Below are positions 50,234-60,754 of a DNA stretch of 64,000 bases, piece after piece (positions within the stretch are counted from its first letter, which is position 1; each line of letters starts with the position of its first letter). The stretch comes from Helicobacteraceae bacterium. GTDB taxonomy: Bacteria > Campylobacterota > Campylobacteria > Campylobacterales > Helicobacteraceae. The position numbers and the translations under genes were made by a program. The stretch covers positions 1 to 64,000 of the forward strand of contig CAAFVR010000008.1 in the NCBI GenBank assembly GCA_900766555.1, given 5' to 3'. The notes below the pieces were generated by a model. That model saw only the letters and a list, made by a program, of their open reading frames with translations, did no database searches and was not told the origin of the DNA.

Positions 50234-51397
50234 ATGGAATTAAACAGAAGGAGCTTTCTTAAAGCTTCGGGTTTAGCTGGAGTTGCCGTATCTTCTGGAC
50301 TTTTGCCTCTGCCATCTTTTGGCGCAGAATCACAAACTAAAAAAAGCGAAATAATACCTTTCTTTGGCGTGCATCAAGCCGGCATTACAACGCCTCAACA
50401 AAAAGCAGTATATTTTATATCGCTAGATCTAGATACAGATGACATTAATGAAGTAAAGCAGATTTTTAAAACTTGGACGAAATATGGGCTTAATTTAACG
50501 CAGGGTAAATTTGTAGCGCCATATGGCAGCAATCCGCATGTTCCAGCGCGCGATACAGGAGAGGCGCAAGATTTGGATGCATCAGATTTAACGCTCACTT
50601 TTGGGGTTTCAAAAAGCTTTTTTAAAAAGCTAAAAATTGAGAAATTAATACCAGATGATTTTACAGATTTGCCGCATTTCCCAGGCGATCAATTAAAGCC
50701 AGATTGGACTGGTGGCGATATTTGCATCCAAGCTTGCGCAAATGACTTGCAAGTTGCATTTCATGCCGTGCGAAATTTAGTGCGCGCAGTTAGGCCATAT
50801 ATTAATATGCGCTGGAGTCAATCTGGTTTTAACACGCATAGTGGCAATACTCCGCGCAATCTTTTTGGTTTCCGCGATGGCACGGCAAATCGTGAAGAAA
50901 AAAATGTAAAAGAAGTGATCTGGCAAGACAGCAATAATTGGCTAAAAGATGGAACATATCTAGTCGTTAGGCGCATCCAAATGTTTTTAGAAACATGGGA
51001 TAGAACGAGCCTAGGCGAGCAGGAAAATACTTTTGGGCGTCATAAAAGCAGTGGCGCTCCATTTGGCAAAAAAAAGGAATTTGATAAGTTAAATCCAGAT
51101 GCCATGCCTGAAGATTCGCATGTTTTTCTAGCACATAGTGCGGGCGTTGAGATGCTTCGAAGGTCATTTTCATATGCTAGCGGGATTGATCATAAAACGG
51201 GTTATTTTGATACGGGACTTTTATTTATTTCATTTCAAAAAGATCCAGTGCAATTTATTGCCGTGCAAGAATCTCTAGGTAGCATTGACAAAATGAATGA
51301 GTATATAAAGCATGTTGGCAGCGGACTTTTCGCCTGTTTTGGCGGGATTAAAAATTCCAAAGATTATATCGGCAGCGCACTTTTTAGGCAGATCTAA
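50234..51397 (+). CDS. efeB: Tat-secreted Dyp-type peroxidase/deferrochelatase
   Basis: Twin-arginine signal NRRSFLKASGLAG followed by a Dyp fold. Confidence 0.75.
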   Translation: MELNRRSFLKASGLAGVAVSSGLLPLPSFGAESQTKKSEIIPFFGVHQAGITTPQQKAVYFISLDLDTDDINEVKQIFKTWTKYGLNLTQGKFVAPYGSNPHVPARDTGEAQDLDASDLTLTFGVSKSFFKKLKIEKLIPDDFTDLPHFPGDQLKPDWTGGDICIQACANDLQVAFHAVRNLVRAVRPYINMRWSQSGFNTHSGNTPRNLFGFRDGTANREEKNVKEVIWQDSNNWLKDGTYLVVRRIQMFLETWDRTSLGEQENTFGRHKSSGAPFGKKKEFDKLNPDAMPEDSHVFLAHSAGVEMLRRSFSYASGIDHKTGYFDTGLLFISFQKDPVQFIAVQESLGSIDKMNEYIKHVGSGLFACFGGIKNSKDYIGSALFRQI

Positions 51398-53082
51398 TGA
51401 ATCTGACAAATTGGAACTTTGCTAAAGTTTTTTGCTTTTTATTAATTTTTGGCCTTTTTAGCTCTTTTTTGGGCGCTAAAGAACAATTGAAATTGAGTCC
51501 ATTTTTTATTGAGATTTCAAATTCAATGAGTCTTATAAAAGAAAATAAGCCACAAGATGTTGCGCCAAAATTAGCTCAATTTGAACTTGATTTTAAAGCT
51601 CTTAGCGCGTCAAATTCGCCAAAGGGCAAGCTAGTTTTGATAGCATTAACAAATGCTAAGGCTACACCGGATCTAGACAATTTAAAGGAGCTTTCAAGGG
51701 CATTAATTGCATTTGAAAATGAGCAAAATCCGCCAGATTACACAGCTAAGATCAACAAATTTATAAAGCAAGTAAATCCGCTATTAAATGACTTAGAAAA
51801 TGATTTAAAGCTGAAAAATAAAGCATCGGTGCAGACAAATTATGCGCGATTGAATGTCATTTGGAAGGGCGGCGAAACCGCAGTTCGCGCGGTAAATTCT
51901 AGCGGTTATGGTAAGTTTGAGCTAGGCTTGGCGCTGTTTAGATCCGCAATGATTTTAGATGATTTTAATTCCATGCAAATGCAAGTTGATGCGCTAAAAA
52001 ATGTTGTATCAAATATAGCAAATCCGACTAAAACGACAGAAAAACAACTTTCATTAAAAGATGGCATAACTTTGCTTGAAAATGCGCTAGATAATCTAGA
52101 GTCAAATCCAGCGAAAGCAAAGGCAGATATCATAAATTTTATTTCCGCATGGAGTTCATTTGAGGGCGAAGTGAGTACGCGGGATAGCTCATTGTATAAA
52201 AAAGTTGAGAGCGATTTGCCACTGATTTTGGCCAAAGGGACTAGCGCAAAAAATGACTTGAGCAGCCTTATAAGCTCGCTAAAGCAAATTGACATTAGCC
52301 AAAGTTATGGCGTATTAGATGCGATGATTGTGCTATTGCGCGAGGGGATAGAGGCGCTATTAATAATATTAGCTCTAATTAGTGCGTTAAATGCCTCAGG
52401 TCAAAATAGGGCAAAAAGTCTTGTCTACATCGGATCTGGCATTGGCGTGTTGGCTAGTATTGGCGTGACTTTTGCGCTGCAGGGAGTTTATGCGGCTTTC
52501 AATGGCAATAATCGCGAGATTTTAGAGGGGATTGTTGGCGTTATTGCCGTAATTACGATGCTTTTTGTGGGCGCATGGCTACATAGCAAATCTTCGCTAA
52601 AAGGCTGGCAGGCATTTTTGAATCGTCAATTTGGCAAAGCGCTAGGTGGCGGCGGAATTATAGGGCTCGTATTTTTGGCATTTTTGGCGGTTTTTCGAGA
52701 GGGCGGGGAGACCATTTTATTTTATGCTGGGATGCTGCCGCTAATTTCTATAAGAGATTTTTTGCTAGGGATCGCGCTTGCTGTAATAATACTTTTTATA
52801 ATTTCAGTAGTGATTATAAAAAGTTCCAAAAATTTACCCGTGCATCATGTTTTTAAATTTATGAGCTTTTTAATTTATATTCTTGGATTTAAGATTTTGG
52901 GCGTTAGTATTCATTCACTCCAGCTCACAAATATATTGCCTAGCAAGATTTTTGTAAATATATGGACTGTGGATTTTATAGGCTTTTATCCGAGTTTGGA
53001 GGGCATGTTGGCGCAACTTGCATATGTCATTTTGATACCTATTGTGGCAATGTTGTTCAAAGCCAAAGAAACTAGAAACTAA
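51397..53082 (+). CDS. FTR1-family high-affinity iron permease with a ~300-aa N-terminal periplasmic extension
   Basis: Two REGxE motifs (REGIEALLI, REGGETILFY) in the C-terminal half. N-terminal half has a signal peptide and a helical domain. TAATG overlap with efeB. Confidence 0.75.
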   Translation: MNLTNWNFAKVFCFLLIFGLFSSFLGAKEQLKLSPFFIEISNSMSLIKENKPQDVAPKLAQFELDFKALSASNSPKGKLVLIALTNAKATPDLDNLKELSRALIAFENEQNPPDYTAKINKFIKQVNPLLNDLENDLKLKNKASVQTNYARLNVIWKGGETAVRAVNSSGYGKFELGLALFRSAMILDDFNSMQMQVDALKNVVSNIANPTKTTEKQLSLKDGITLLENALDNLESNPAKAKADIINFISAWSSFEGEVSTRDSSLYKKVESDLPLILAKGTSAKNDLSSLISSLKQIDISQSYGVLDAMIVLLREGIEALLIILALISALNASGQNRAKSLVYIGSGIGVLASIGVTFALQGVYAAFNGNNREILEGIVGVIAVITMLFVGAWLHSKSSLKGWQAFLNRQFGKALGGGGIIGLVFLAFLAVFREGGETILFYAGMLPLISIRDFLLGIALAVIILFIISVVIIKSSKNLPVHHVFKFMSFLIYILGFKILGVSIHSLQLTNILPSKIFVNIWTVDFIGFYPSLEGMLAQLAYVILIPIVAMLFKAKETRN

Positions 53083-53113
53083 ATGTTAAAATGCTAAAAA
53101 TTAAGGCCCAGAT

Positions 53114-53623
53114 ATGCCAGATCCTTTTACAAGTCTTTTTGCCAAGATTGGGGATGATCCAAATCGCGAGGACTTGAAACGCACACCAAAGCGGCTTTTT
53201 GCACTTTGGGAGGGGCTATTATCTGGCTATCAATCGGATCTAAGCTTGGAATTGGGCAATTTAATTGAGGCGCCAAGTCAGGATTTGATACGTTTGTCTA
53301 AAATACCTTTTCATTCAATATGCGAACATCATTTGATGCCATTTTTTGGCAGGGTTAAGATATGTTATTTGCCAAAAAATCACATCGCCGGCATTGCTGG
53401 GATAACGCGAGTTGTAAAGGCGCTTTCATTGCGATTACAGATACAAGAACGCTTGAGTAATGAGCTAGCGGATTTTCTTTTTGAGGCGCTAGATCCGATC
53501 TTTTTGCAAGTTGACATAAGTGCAACGCATTTATGTTTAATGATGCAGGGCGGCGTGATGCAAGATATCAGATCTGGCACTAAGCTCAAAACGCGCGCCT
53601 TGCGTGGAGATGCAAAAAAATGA
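53114..53623 (+). CDS. folE: GTP cyclohydrolase I
   Basis: ICEHHLMPFFG active-site motif. Confidence 0.85.
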   Translation: MPDPFTSLFAKIGDDPNREDLKRTPKRLFALWEGLLSGYQSDLSLELGNLIEAPSQDLIRLSKIPFHSICEHHLMPFFGRVKICYLPKNHIAGIAGITRVVKALSLRLQIQERLSNELADFLFEALDPIFLQVDISATHLCLMMQGGVMQDIRSGTKLKTRALRGDAKK

Positions 53624-54717
53624 CCCAAATATATGGCCTAACAACAAAAGAGCTTGAGCAATTTTGCGTGCAAAATGGCTTTAAATCTTTTTGTTCAAAG
53701 CAGATTTTTGGCTGGCTATATTGCAAATATGCAGATACTTTTGCGCAAATGAGCAATATTTCAAAAGCGTTGCAAAATATGCTTGAGCTAGAATTTACGC
53801 TAAGTAATTTAGAACTTGCAAAAGTTGAGCGCTCCAAAGATGGCACAAAAAAGTATCTTTTTAAAACCGTAGATAATTTCACATTTGAAGCTGTATTTTT
53901 AAAAATGAAAGATGCCAAATTTAATGATGATGGCAAAAAAATTGCGGGCGAAAAATATACATTTTGCATTTCTTCCCAGATCGGATGTAGGGTTGGATGC
54001 ACATTTTGTTTGACTGCAAAGGGCGGTTTTGTGCGCAATCTAAGTGCCGCAGAAATAGTAGAGCAGGTTGTATTTTTGAAAAAAGATAATGATATTGATG
54101 CTAAAAAGAGCGTAAATATCGTATTTATGGGGATGGGCGAGCCGCTACTTAATTTAGAAAATGTATCAAAAGCCATTAAAATTATGAGCGATAAAAATGG
54201 GCTTGATATCGCGCCAAGGCGCCAAACTATTTCGACATCTGGCATCGCTCCAAAGATACATAAGCTTGGGACATTGGATTTGGGCGTTCAATTGGCGATA
54301 TCTTTGCACGCGCCAGAAGATGATTTGCGCTCAAAAATTATGCCGATAAATAAACGTTATAACTTAAAAAGCCTGATGGATGCGGTTTTGAGCTTTCCGT
54401 TAGAATCTAGAAAAAGAGTGATGTTTGAATATCTTTTGCTAGATGGAGTAAATGATTCTATTACGCATGCTAAGGGGCTTTTGCGACTGCTAAATGGCAT
54501 TAAAGTGAAGGTGAATTTGATACTTTTTAATCCATATCCAGATAGCTTGTATAATCGTCCAAGTGATGCAAATGCCACAAAATTTGCGGATTATTTAAAT
54601 GGACATGGGCTTTTGGCTACAATCCGCGAGTCAAAAGGCATTGATATTTCCGCGGCCTGCGGGCAATTGATAGAAAAGCAATTAGATAATAATTGTTCCA
54701 CATGGAACATAAAATGA
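53620..54717 (+). CDS. rlmN: 23S rRNA/tRNA m2A methyltransferase (radical SAM)
   Basis: CISSQIGCRVGCTFC radical-SAM cluster motif. Confidence 0.9.
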   Translation: MTQIYGLTTKELEQFCVQNGFKSFCSKQIFGWLYCKYADTFAQMSNISKALQNMLELEFTLSNLELAKVERSKDGTKKYLFKTVDNFTFEAVFLKMKDAKFNDDGKKIAGEKYTFCISSQIGCRVGCTFCLTAKGGFVRNLSAAEIVEQVVFLKKDNDIDAKKSVNIVFMGMGEPLLNLENVSKAIKIMSDKNGLDIAPRRQTISTSGIAPKIHKLGTLDLGVQLAISLHAPEDDLRSKIMPINKRYNLKSLMDAVLSFPLESRKRVMFEYLLLDGVNDSITHAKGLLRLLNGIKVKVNLILFNPYPDSLYNRPSDANATKFADYLNGHGLLATIRESKGIDISAACGQLIEKQLDNNCSTWNIK

Positions 54718-54806
54718 GCGCGCTAGAGCTATTTTTGCTAATTTTTCTGTTATTTGTGCTTGGTTTTGGGCTTGCGTTTTTCATAATTGCCGCATTTAAA
54801 AAATAA
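54714..54806 (+). CDS. 30-aa hydrophobic micro-ORF (MSALELFLLIFLLFVLGFGLAFFIIAAFKK)
   Basis: ATGA overlap with the rlmN stop. Single TM helix with a KK tail. Below the ORF-track size cutoff. Confidence 0.3.
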   Translation: MSALELFLLIFLLFVLGFGLAFFIIAAFKK

Positions 54807-54815
54807 AGGATTAAC

Positions 54816-56015
54816 ATGCTTGTGCATATTTGCTGCTCTGTGGATAGCCACTATTTTTTGAGCGAGCTTAAAAAGGAGCTGCCAGATACGGATTTTGTAG
54901 GCTTTTTTTACAATCCAAATATTCATCCAAAAGAAGAACATGATTTGCGTTATTTGGATGTGAAACGAAGTTGTGAAATGTTAAATATTCCGCTAATTTT
55001 GGGCGAATATGACACGGAGCCATTTTTTGAGCAAACAATCGGACTTGAAGATGAGCCAGAAAAGGGCGATAGATGCGTCAAATGTTTTGATATACGCCTT
55101 GTTAGATCCGCTATAGAAGCACAAAAAATTGGCGAAATAGATTTTACAAGCACGCTTTTGTCAAGTCCGATGAAAGAACAGGAAGTGTTATATCAAAAGG
55201 GTGATGAAATTGCCAAAAATTACGGGCTAAGATTTTTTAAAATAAATGTGCGCAAAAATGGTGGTGTAAATCGCCAAAATGAACTAGCCAAAAAGGACAA
55301 TTTATATCGTCAAAATTATTGTGGCTGCATTTATGCGCTCGAAAAACAGCGAGATAATCAAGGCAAAGTGGCGCTTGAACTTTTGAGTTCAATATCAAGC
55401 TCAAGGGCGCTTGGATCTATAAATGAACGCAAACAGACTTTTTTAAAGCGCAACGAAGTCGAGCAAAGCGCGCCATATATGTTATGCCAGCGCACATTTA
55501 TGATATATCGCGTTTTGCACGGTATTTTAAAAAATAATGATGGCGTGATATACAGCTACATTTTGAGCAATTCGCAAAATAAAAATGCAAAAATAAAAGA
55601 AATAGCCTGGGTAAAGCCAGAGCTTGATTTTACGTTATTGCAAAAGTCTTCTAGCATGCAGGGAATGCAAGGGCAGAATTGCAAAATAGCATTAGATTAT
55701 GAAAATGGGGATTTTGTTTTTGGCTTTTGTAATCGCGATGACAGCATATTTGTAGAGCTTAGCTTTATAAATATGTGCCTTCAAACAAATTTCAAAAATA
55801 TACTTGAGCTTTGCAAAAATGGCTTAGATTTAGAAAGTGAATTTTTATTGCGTTCGTTAATATGCAATGTCGGCAGTATAAACCCAATCGTAATTATAGA
55901 TAGGGCTTTTAGCGCGCCATGTGAACTGTCTATTAAGTCGATTTTCCAAGAGGAAAAGATTTTTCGCGTTGTGCCGATTGCAGAAGACAAACAAAGCGTT
56001 ACCAAAAAGGCGTGA
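54816..56015 (+). CDS. queH: epoxyqueuosine reductase QueH (DUF208) fused to an uncharacterised ~200-aa C-terminal domain
   Basis: N-terminal HICCSVDS...YCGCIYALEK is the QueH Cys pattern. The following 200 aa have no family I can recognise. Confidence 0.6.
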   Translation: MLVHICCSVDSHYFLSELKKELPDTDFVGFFYNPNIHPKEEHDLRYLDVKRSCEMLNIPLILGEYDTEPFFEQTIGLEDEPEKGDRCVKCFDIRLVRSAIEAQKIGEIDFTSTLLSSPMKEQEVLYQKGDEIAKNYGLRFFKINVRKNGGVNRQNELAKKDNLYRQNYCGCIYALEKQRDNQGKVALELLSSISSSRALGSINERKQTFLKRNEVEQSAPYMLCQRTFMIYRVLHGILKNNDGVIYSYILSNSQNKNAKIKEIAWVKPELDFTLLQKSSSMQGMQGQNCKIALDYENGDFVFGFCNRDDSIFVELSFINMCLQTNFKNILELCKNGLDLESEFLLRSLICNVGSINPIVIIDRAFSAPCELSIKSIFQEEKIFRVVPIAEDKQSVTKKA

Positions 56016-56091
56016 AATAATTTAGCATTTTTTAAAATTAACTCAAGATTAAGCATTTTGCATAACATAAATAAAGGCAAAAAGGCTTGTT

Positions 56092-57087
56092 ATGAGCAGA
56101 GATTTAGCATTTTTGGAAGTATATTCTGATATTGGAGGGCCAAGAGCTGGCGCAAATAGCGGGGTTAGCGCATTATCAAAAAGAAGCGGATCTAGCGGCC
56201 TTAATGAGACTATAAAAGTTATTCAAAATATAGAACCAACAAAAATTCCCAATAAATATGCCAAATATATTGAAATTTTGCACCCATTTTTTACGCAAAA
56301 GCTAGCAAGAGAGGCTTTGGGATTTTTTAATAAATGTGATGAAAAAAAGCAATTCCCAGTTATTATAAGTGGCGATCATTCCAATGCTTTGGGGCTTTTG
56401 GGCGCTTTTATTAAATATCATGCAAAAAATGCGAACTCAAAGATTGCGCTAATTTGGCTAGATGCTCATGCGGATCTACACTCGATATACACTACGCCAT
56501 CTGGTAATTTGCACGGCATGAGTCTTGGCGGCGCGCTTTGGCTTGATAATATGGAATGCAAAGTCAATTCTCCAGATCCGCAAACATTACAATATTGGGA
56601 GGATTTAAAGCGCATTTCAGCAATAAAAGATGAGGGCGCAAAAGATCTGGATGATAAGGCTTTAGTTTTTGAATCTAGGCAAATTAGGCCATTTTTCTTA
56701 GGGCTAAGAAGTTTTGAAAAGCCAGAAGAGTATCTCATAAAAAAGCATAATTTTTATGCAATTTCTAGCACAGAGCATCGTAAAATCGGCCAAGAGGCAC
56801 TTTTGAAGCTAAAAGAAGAGCTAAAAAGCTTTGATAAAATATATCTCAGTTTTGATGTAGATAGCCTTGATTTATCATTAATGCCGCTAACTGGCACGCC
56901 CGTAAAAGATGGTTATACAAAAGAAGAAATCAAAGGCATTTTTGATGTGCTTTTAAATCTACCAAATTTGGGCGCATTTGAGATAACAGAATTTAATCCA
57001 AGCCTTGGGAATAACAAAAATAGTGAAAATATAATCCAAGATATATTTAATTATGCGCTAGATCTACTTAGGAAGCCTTTGAGCTAA
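56092..57087 (+). CDS. arginase/agmatinase/formiminoglutamase-family ureohydrolase
   Basis: Binuclear-Mn motifs GDHS, DAHADLH and SFDVDSLD. Confidence 0.75.
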   Translation: MSRDLAFLEVYSDIGGPRAGANSGVSALSKRSGSSGLNETIKVIQNIEPTKIPNKYAKYIEILHPFFTQKLAREALGFFNKCDEKKQFPVIISGDHSNALGLLGAFIKYHAKNANSKIALIWLDAHADLHSIYTTPSGNLHGMSLGGALWLDNMECKVNSPDPQTLQYWEDLKRISAIKDEGAKDLDDKALVFESRQIRPFFLGLRSFEKPEEYLIKKHNFYAISSTEHRKIGQEALLKLKEELKSFDKIYLSFDVDSLDLSLMPLTGTPVKDGYTKEEIKGIFDVLLNLPNLGAFEITEFNPSLGNNKNSENIIQDIFNYALDLLRKPLS

Positions 57088-57185
57088 GCCTTTATTGCAT
57101 CGCTTTGTTGCATAGGCATCGTTTGGCAATTTGAAATTTATAATTTTGTTAAAATACAAACAATGCCAAATCAAATCGAGGTTTT

Positions 57186-57635
57186 ATGGATATTACAAAA
57201 ATTCAGCAGATTTTGCCCCATCGTTATCCCTTTTTATTAATTGACAGAGTGAGCGAGTTACGCCCAAATGAGAGCATTAAAGCGTATAAAAATGTGACAT
57301 TTAATGAGGGTATTTTCCAGGGCCATTTTCCGGGGCGGCCGATATATCCAGGCGTTATGATAATTGAGGGGATGGCGCAAGCTGGCGGACTTTTGGGCTT
57401 TGTATCAATTTGGGGAGAGGATTTTAAAGAAGCGCAAAATAAAATAGTGTATTTCATGACGATAGATCGGGTTAAATTCCGCGTGCCCGTGACTCCTGGG
57501 GATAAGCTCGTGTATGAGTTAAGTATTATTAAAAATAAGGGTGCAGTGTGGCAATTTGATGGCAAGGCTTTTATAGACGATAAATTAGTAGCAGAAGCTG
57601 AGTTAAAAGCTATGATAGCTGATAAAAAAGAGTGA
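57186..57635 (+). CDS. fabZ: 3-hydroxyacyl-ACP dehydratase
   Basis: ILPHRYPFLLIDRV motif. Confidence 0.9.
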   Translation: MDITKIQQILPHRYPFLLIDRVSELRPNESIKAYKNVTFNEGIFQGHFPGRPIYPGVMIIEGMAQAGGLLGFVSIWGEDFKEAQNKIVYFMTIDRVKFRVPVTPGDKLVYELSIIKNKGAVWQFDGKAFIDDKLVAEAELKAMIADKKE

Positions 57636-58441
57636 ATATGAAAATTGCAAAAACAGCCATAATAGAGCCGGGCGCTCAAATTGATGATGGCGTAGAGATT
57701 GGGCATTTTTGCGTGATCGGATCTGGCGTTAGCATAGCTTCTGGCACAAAAGTCATGAATAATGTAACGATATTAGGCGATACGATAATTGGCAAAAATA
57801 ATGTGATTTTTCCAAATGCGACTCTTGGCACGCAGCCTCAGGATTTGAAATACGAGGGCGAAAAGGTCGAGCTAGTAATTGGTGATAACAACATAATACG
57901 TGAGCATTGCATGTTTAACCCCGGCACAAAGGGCGGCATTTCTCAAACAATTATTGGAAATAGCAATCTTTTTATGACATTTTCGCATGTAGCACATGAT
58001 TGCGTGATCGGAGATAATTGCATCTTTGCAAATAATGCCACCTTGGGCGGGCATGTGGAAGTTGGAAATTATGTAAATTTTGGCGGGCTATCAGCGGCAC
58101 ATCAATTTGTAAAGATCGGATCTGGCGCCATGATCGCAGCTGGCTCAATACTTTTTCAAGATGCGCCACCATATGTTATGTGCGATGGTCAGAGGGCGGC
58201 TATACGGGGATTAAATAGACATCGGATGCGATTGCTTTTTGATAGAGAATGCATAGATCTGATCGCTTCGTTATATAGGCGCATTTTTAGTAAAGATGAC
58301 CTAATGACAAATAATGCTAAAAGGGAGCTTGAGGCATTAAAAGCGCAAGAAAGCAGCAATATTCATTCTGTTTTGAAAGAGATTTGTGAGTTTGTTATAG
58401 CTTCAAAGCGGGGAATCCCCATTAATAAAGGACAAATATGA
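57632..58441 (+). CDS. lpxA: UDP-N-acetylglucosamine acyltransferase
   Basis: Left-handed beta-helix hexapeptide repeats. Position between fabZ and clpX. Confidence 0.85.
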   Translation: MNMKIAKTAIIEPGAQIDDGVEIGHFCVIGSGVSIASGTKVMNNVTILGDTIIGKNNVIFPNATLGTQPQDLKYEGEKVELVIGDNNIIREHCMFNPGTKGGISQTIIGNSNLFMTFSHVAHDCVIGDNCIFANNATLGGHVEVGNYVNFGGLSAAHQFVKIGSGAMIAAGSILFQDAPPYVMCDGQRAAIRGLNRHRMRLLFDRECIDLIASLYRRIFSKDDLMTNNAKRELEALKAQESSNIHSVLKEICEFVIASKRGIPINKGQI

Positions 58442-59748
58442 GTGAGATAACATGCAATTTTTGCGGCAAAAAGGGCGAGTCAAAGGACTTTATAAATGGT
58501 AATGAAGCTGGATCTGATGCCCATATCTGCGAAAGTTGTATGCGCGTTATGCACAAGCGCTTTGTAAAACGCAGCTTGCTTGAGCGCGATACTCGATATT
58601 TGGAGCGCTACACGAGTAATAGCGAAGATGCCGGAAGTGATTTTGAAATGATACAGCTACCAACTCCAAAGGAGCTAAAGGCTATTTTGGATGATTATGT
58701 GATAGGGCAAGATTATGCAAAAAAGGTCTTTTCTGTCGCGATATATAATCATTATAAACGCATAACAAGCCGCAAAGATCATTTGGATCCAGCATATAAT
58801 GATGAAGTTGAGCTTGAGAAATCAAATATACTTTTTATTGGACCTACCGGATCTGGCAAAACATTGCTAGCTCAAACGATAGCAAAGCATCTAAATTTGC
58901 CAATTGTAATTTCAGATGCGACAAGCCTAACTGAGGCTGGTTATGTTGGCGAAGATGTAGAAAATATACTTACGCGATTATTAGGAGCAGCAAATAATAA
59001 TGTCGAATTAGCGCAAAAGGGCATTGTTTTTATTGATGAGATTGATAAAATTTCGCGCCTATCAGAAAATCGCTCAATCACGCGTGATGTCTCAGGCGAG
59101 GGTGTGCAGCAAGCACTTTTAAAATTAATTGAAGGAAGTGTTGTAAATGTAAGTCCAAGTGGCGGTAGGCGACATCCTGGACAGCAATTTATACCGCTTG
59201 ATACTCGCGATATTTTGTTCATTTGCGGGGGCGCATTTGATGGCATAACAGATATTATAAAGCGGCGTCTTGGCTCAAATGCGCTAGGATTTGGACTAGA
59301 TGATAAAAAGCGTATAGATTTGGAGAATAAATCAGATCTATTGCAAAAAATTGAAGTAGATGATCTAATAAGCTATGGCATGATACCAGAGCTTATGGGG
59401 CGACTGCATGTATTGGCCACATTGGAGGCCATTACCAAAGAGGCGATGGTGCGCATTATGAAAGAGCCGAAAAATTCGGTGATAAAGCAGTTTCAAAAGA
59501 TTTTTGAAATGGATGGGGTGAAGTTGATTTTTGAAGATGGCGCAATTAATGAGATAGCAGATCTAGCTATCAAGCGACAAACGGGCGCGAGAGGATTAAG
59601 GAGCATAATGGAGAATATTTTTGTAGATCTGATGTTTGATATTGAATCTATGCGAGATTATGAAGTTGTGATAACAGCAGATGTAATAGCTAAAAATCAA
59701 AAGCCCATTTTAATTAAAAGAACAAAGGATGTAGATGCTACTAGATAA
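58438..59748 (+). CDS. clpX: ATP-dependent Clp protease ATP-binding subunit ClpX
   Basis: Zn-binding CxxC N-terminus, [12 protein letters not shown]-loop. Confidence 0.95.
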   Translation: MSEITCNFCGKKGESKDFINGNEAGSDAHICESCMRVMHKRFVKRSLLERDTRYLERYTSNSEDAGSDFEMIQLPTPKELKAILDDYVIGQDYAKKVFSVAIYNHYKRITSRKDHLDPAYNDEVELEKSNILFIGPTGSGKTLLAQTIAKHLNLPIVISDATSLTEAGYVGEDVENILTRLLGAANNNVELAQKGIVFIDEIDKISRLSENRSITRDVSGEGVQQALLKLIEGSVVNVSPSGGRRHPGQQFIPLDTRDILFICGGAFDGITDIIKRRLGSNALGFGLDDKKRIDLENKSDLLQKIEVDDLISYGMIPELMGRLHVLATLEAITKEAMVRIMKEPKNSVIKQFQKIFEMDGVKLIFEDGAINEIADLAIKRQTGARGLRSIMENIFVDLMFDIESMRDYEVVITADVIAKNQKPILIKRTKDVDATR

Positions 59749-60754
59749 GATAATTGGGCTTTTTTCCTACGATATTGCTATAGATCTAGGCACTGCAAAT
59801 ACCGTAATCTCAGTAAAAGGTCAAGGCGTTTTGATAAATGAGCCAAGCATTGTGGCCATAAAAAATGGCGTAGTTTTGGCAGTTGGTACCGAGGCTAAAG
59901 AAATGGTGGGTAAAACGCCTGAGAATATTAAGGCTATAAGGCCAATTAAAGATGGCGTTATAGCAGATTTTGATATCACAGAAAAGATGATCCGTTATTT
60001 TATAGAACGCACACATAAAAGAAAGTCGCTTATGCGCCCGCGAGTGATTGTTTGCGTACCTTATGGCCTAACTGATGTTGAACGCAAGGCTGTGCGCGAA
60101 TCTGCTATGAGTGCTGGGGCTAGAGAAGTGCACTTTATTGAGGAGCCAATGGCCGCTGCAATTGGCGCTGGCTTACCGGTTAATGAGCCACAAGGTAGTT
60201 TGATTTTAGATATCGGAGGCGGCACAACTGAAATTGGCGTAATATCTCTAGGCGGCCTTGTGATATCAAAATCTATCCGAGTAGCTGGTGATAAAATCGA
60301 CATGGCGATAGTTGATTTCATCCGCAAAAAATATAATCTAGTAATAGGTGAGCGAACGGGCGAAGATATTAAAATAAAAATAGGTTGTGCATATCCGCAA
60401 AATCCGCCATTAACAATGCAAGTTAAAGGTAAGGATCAAATAACAGGTCTTTTAAATTCGATTGAATTATCAAGCGAAGATGTAAGAGAGGCTATAAAAT
60501 ATCAGATCCAAGAAATTGGAAATACTCTAAAAAGCATTTTGGAAACTATCCCGCCAGATCTAGCTGGCGATATCGTAGAAAATGGCGTAGTTTTAACCGG
60601 TGGTGGCGCGCTAATACGTGGACTTGATAAATATTTGAGCGACATTGTGAAACTCCCCGTTTCAGTTGGCGAAGAGCCACTTTTGGCTGTATCAAAAGGT
60701 ACTAGTCATGCACTTGAAAATCTAGATTTATTAGCTAAAACTGAGAAAAGCTAG
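59735..60754 (+). CDS. mreB: rod shape-determining protein MreB
   Basis: Actin-fold motifs [17 protein letters not shown]. Confidence 0.95.
   Translation: MLLDKIIGLFSYDIAIDLGTANTVISVKGQGVLINEPSIVAIKNGVVLAVGTEAKEMVGKTPENIKAIRPIKDGVIADFDITEKMIRYFIERTHKRKSLMRPRVIVCVPYGLTDVERKAVRESAMSAGAREVHFIEEPMAAAIGAGLPVNEPQGSLILDIGGGTTEIGVISLGGLVISKSIRVAGDKIDMAIVDFIRKKYNLVIGERTGEDIKIKIGCAYPQNPPLTMQVKGKDQITGLLNSIELSSEDVREAIKYQIQEIGNTLKSILETIPPDLAGDIVENGVVLTGGGALIRGLDKYLSDIVKLPVSVGEEPLLAVSKGTSHALENLDLLAKTEKS

Noticed and set aside
53586-54245. 219-aa minus-strand ORF overlapping rlmN
   Set aside because: Antisense to radical-SAM rlmN, which has unambiguous motifs. No features of its own.
57224-57706. 160-aa minus-strand ORF across fabZ
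   Set aside because: Antisense shadow ORF of the highly conserved fabZ.
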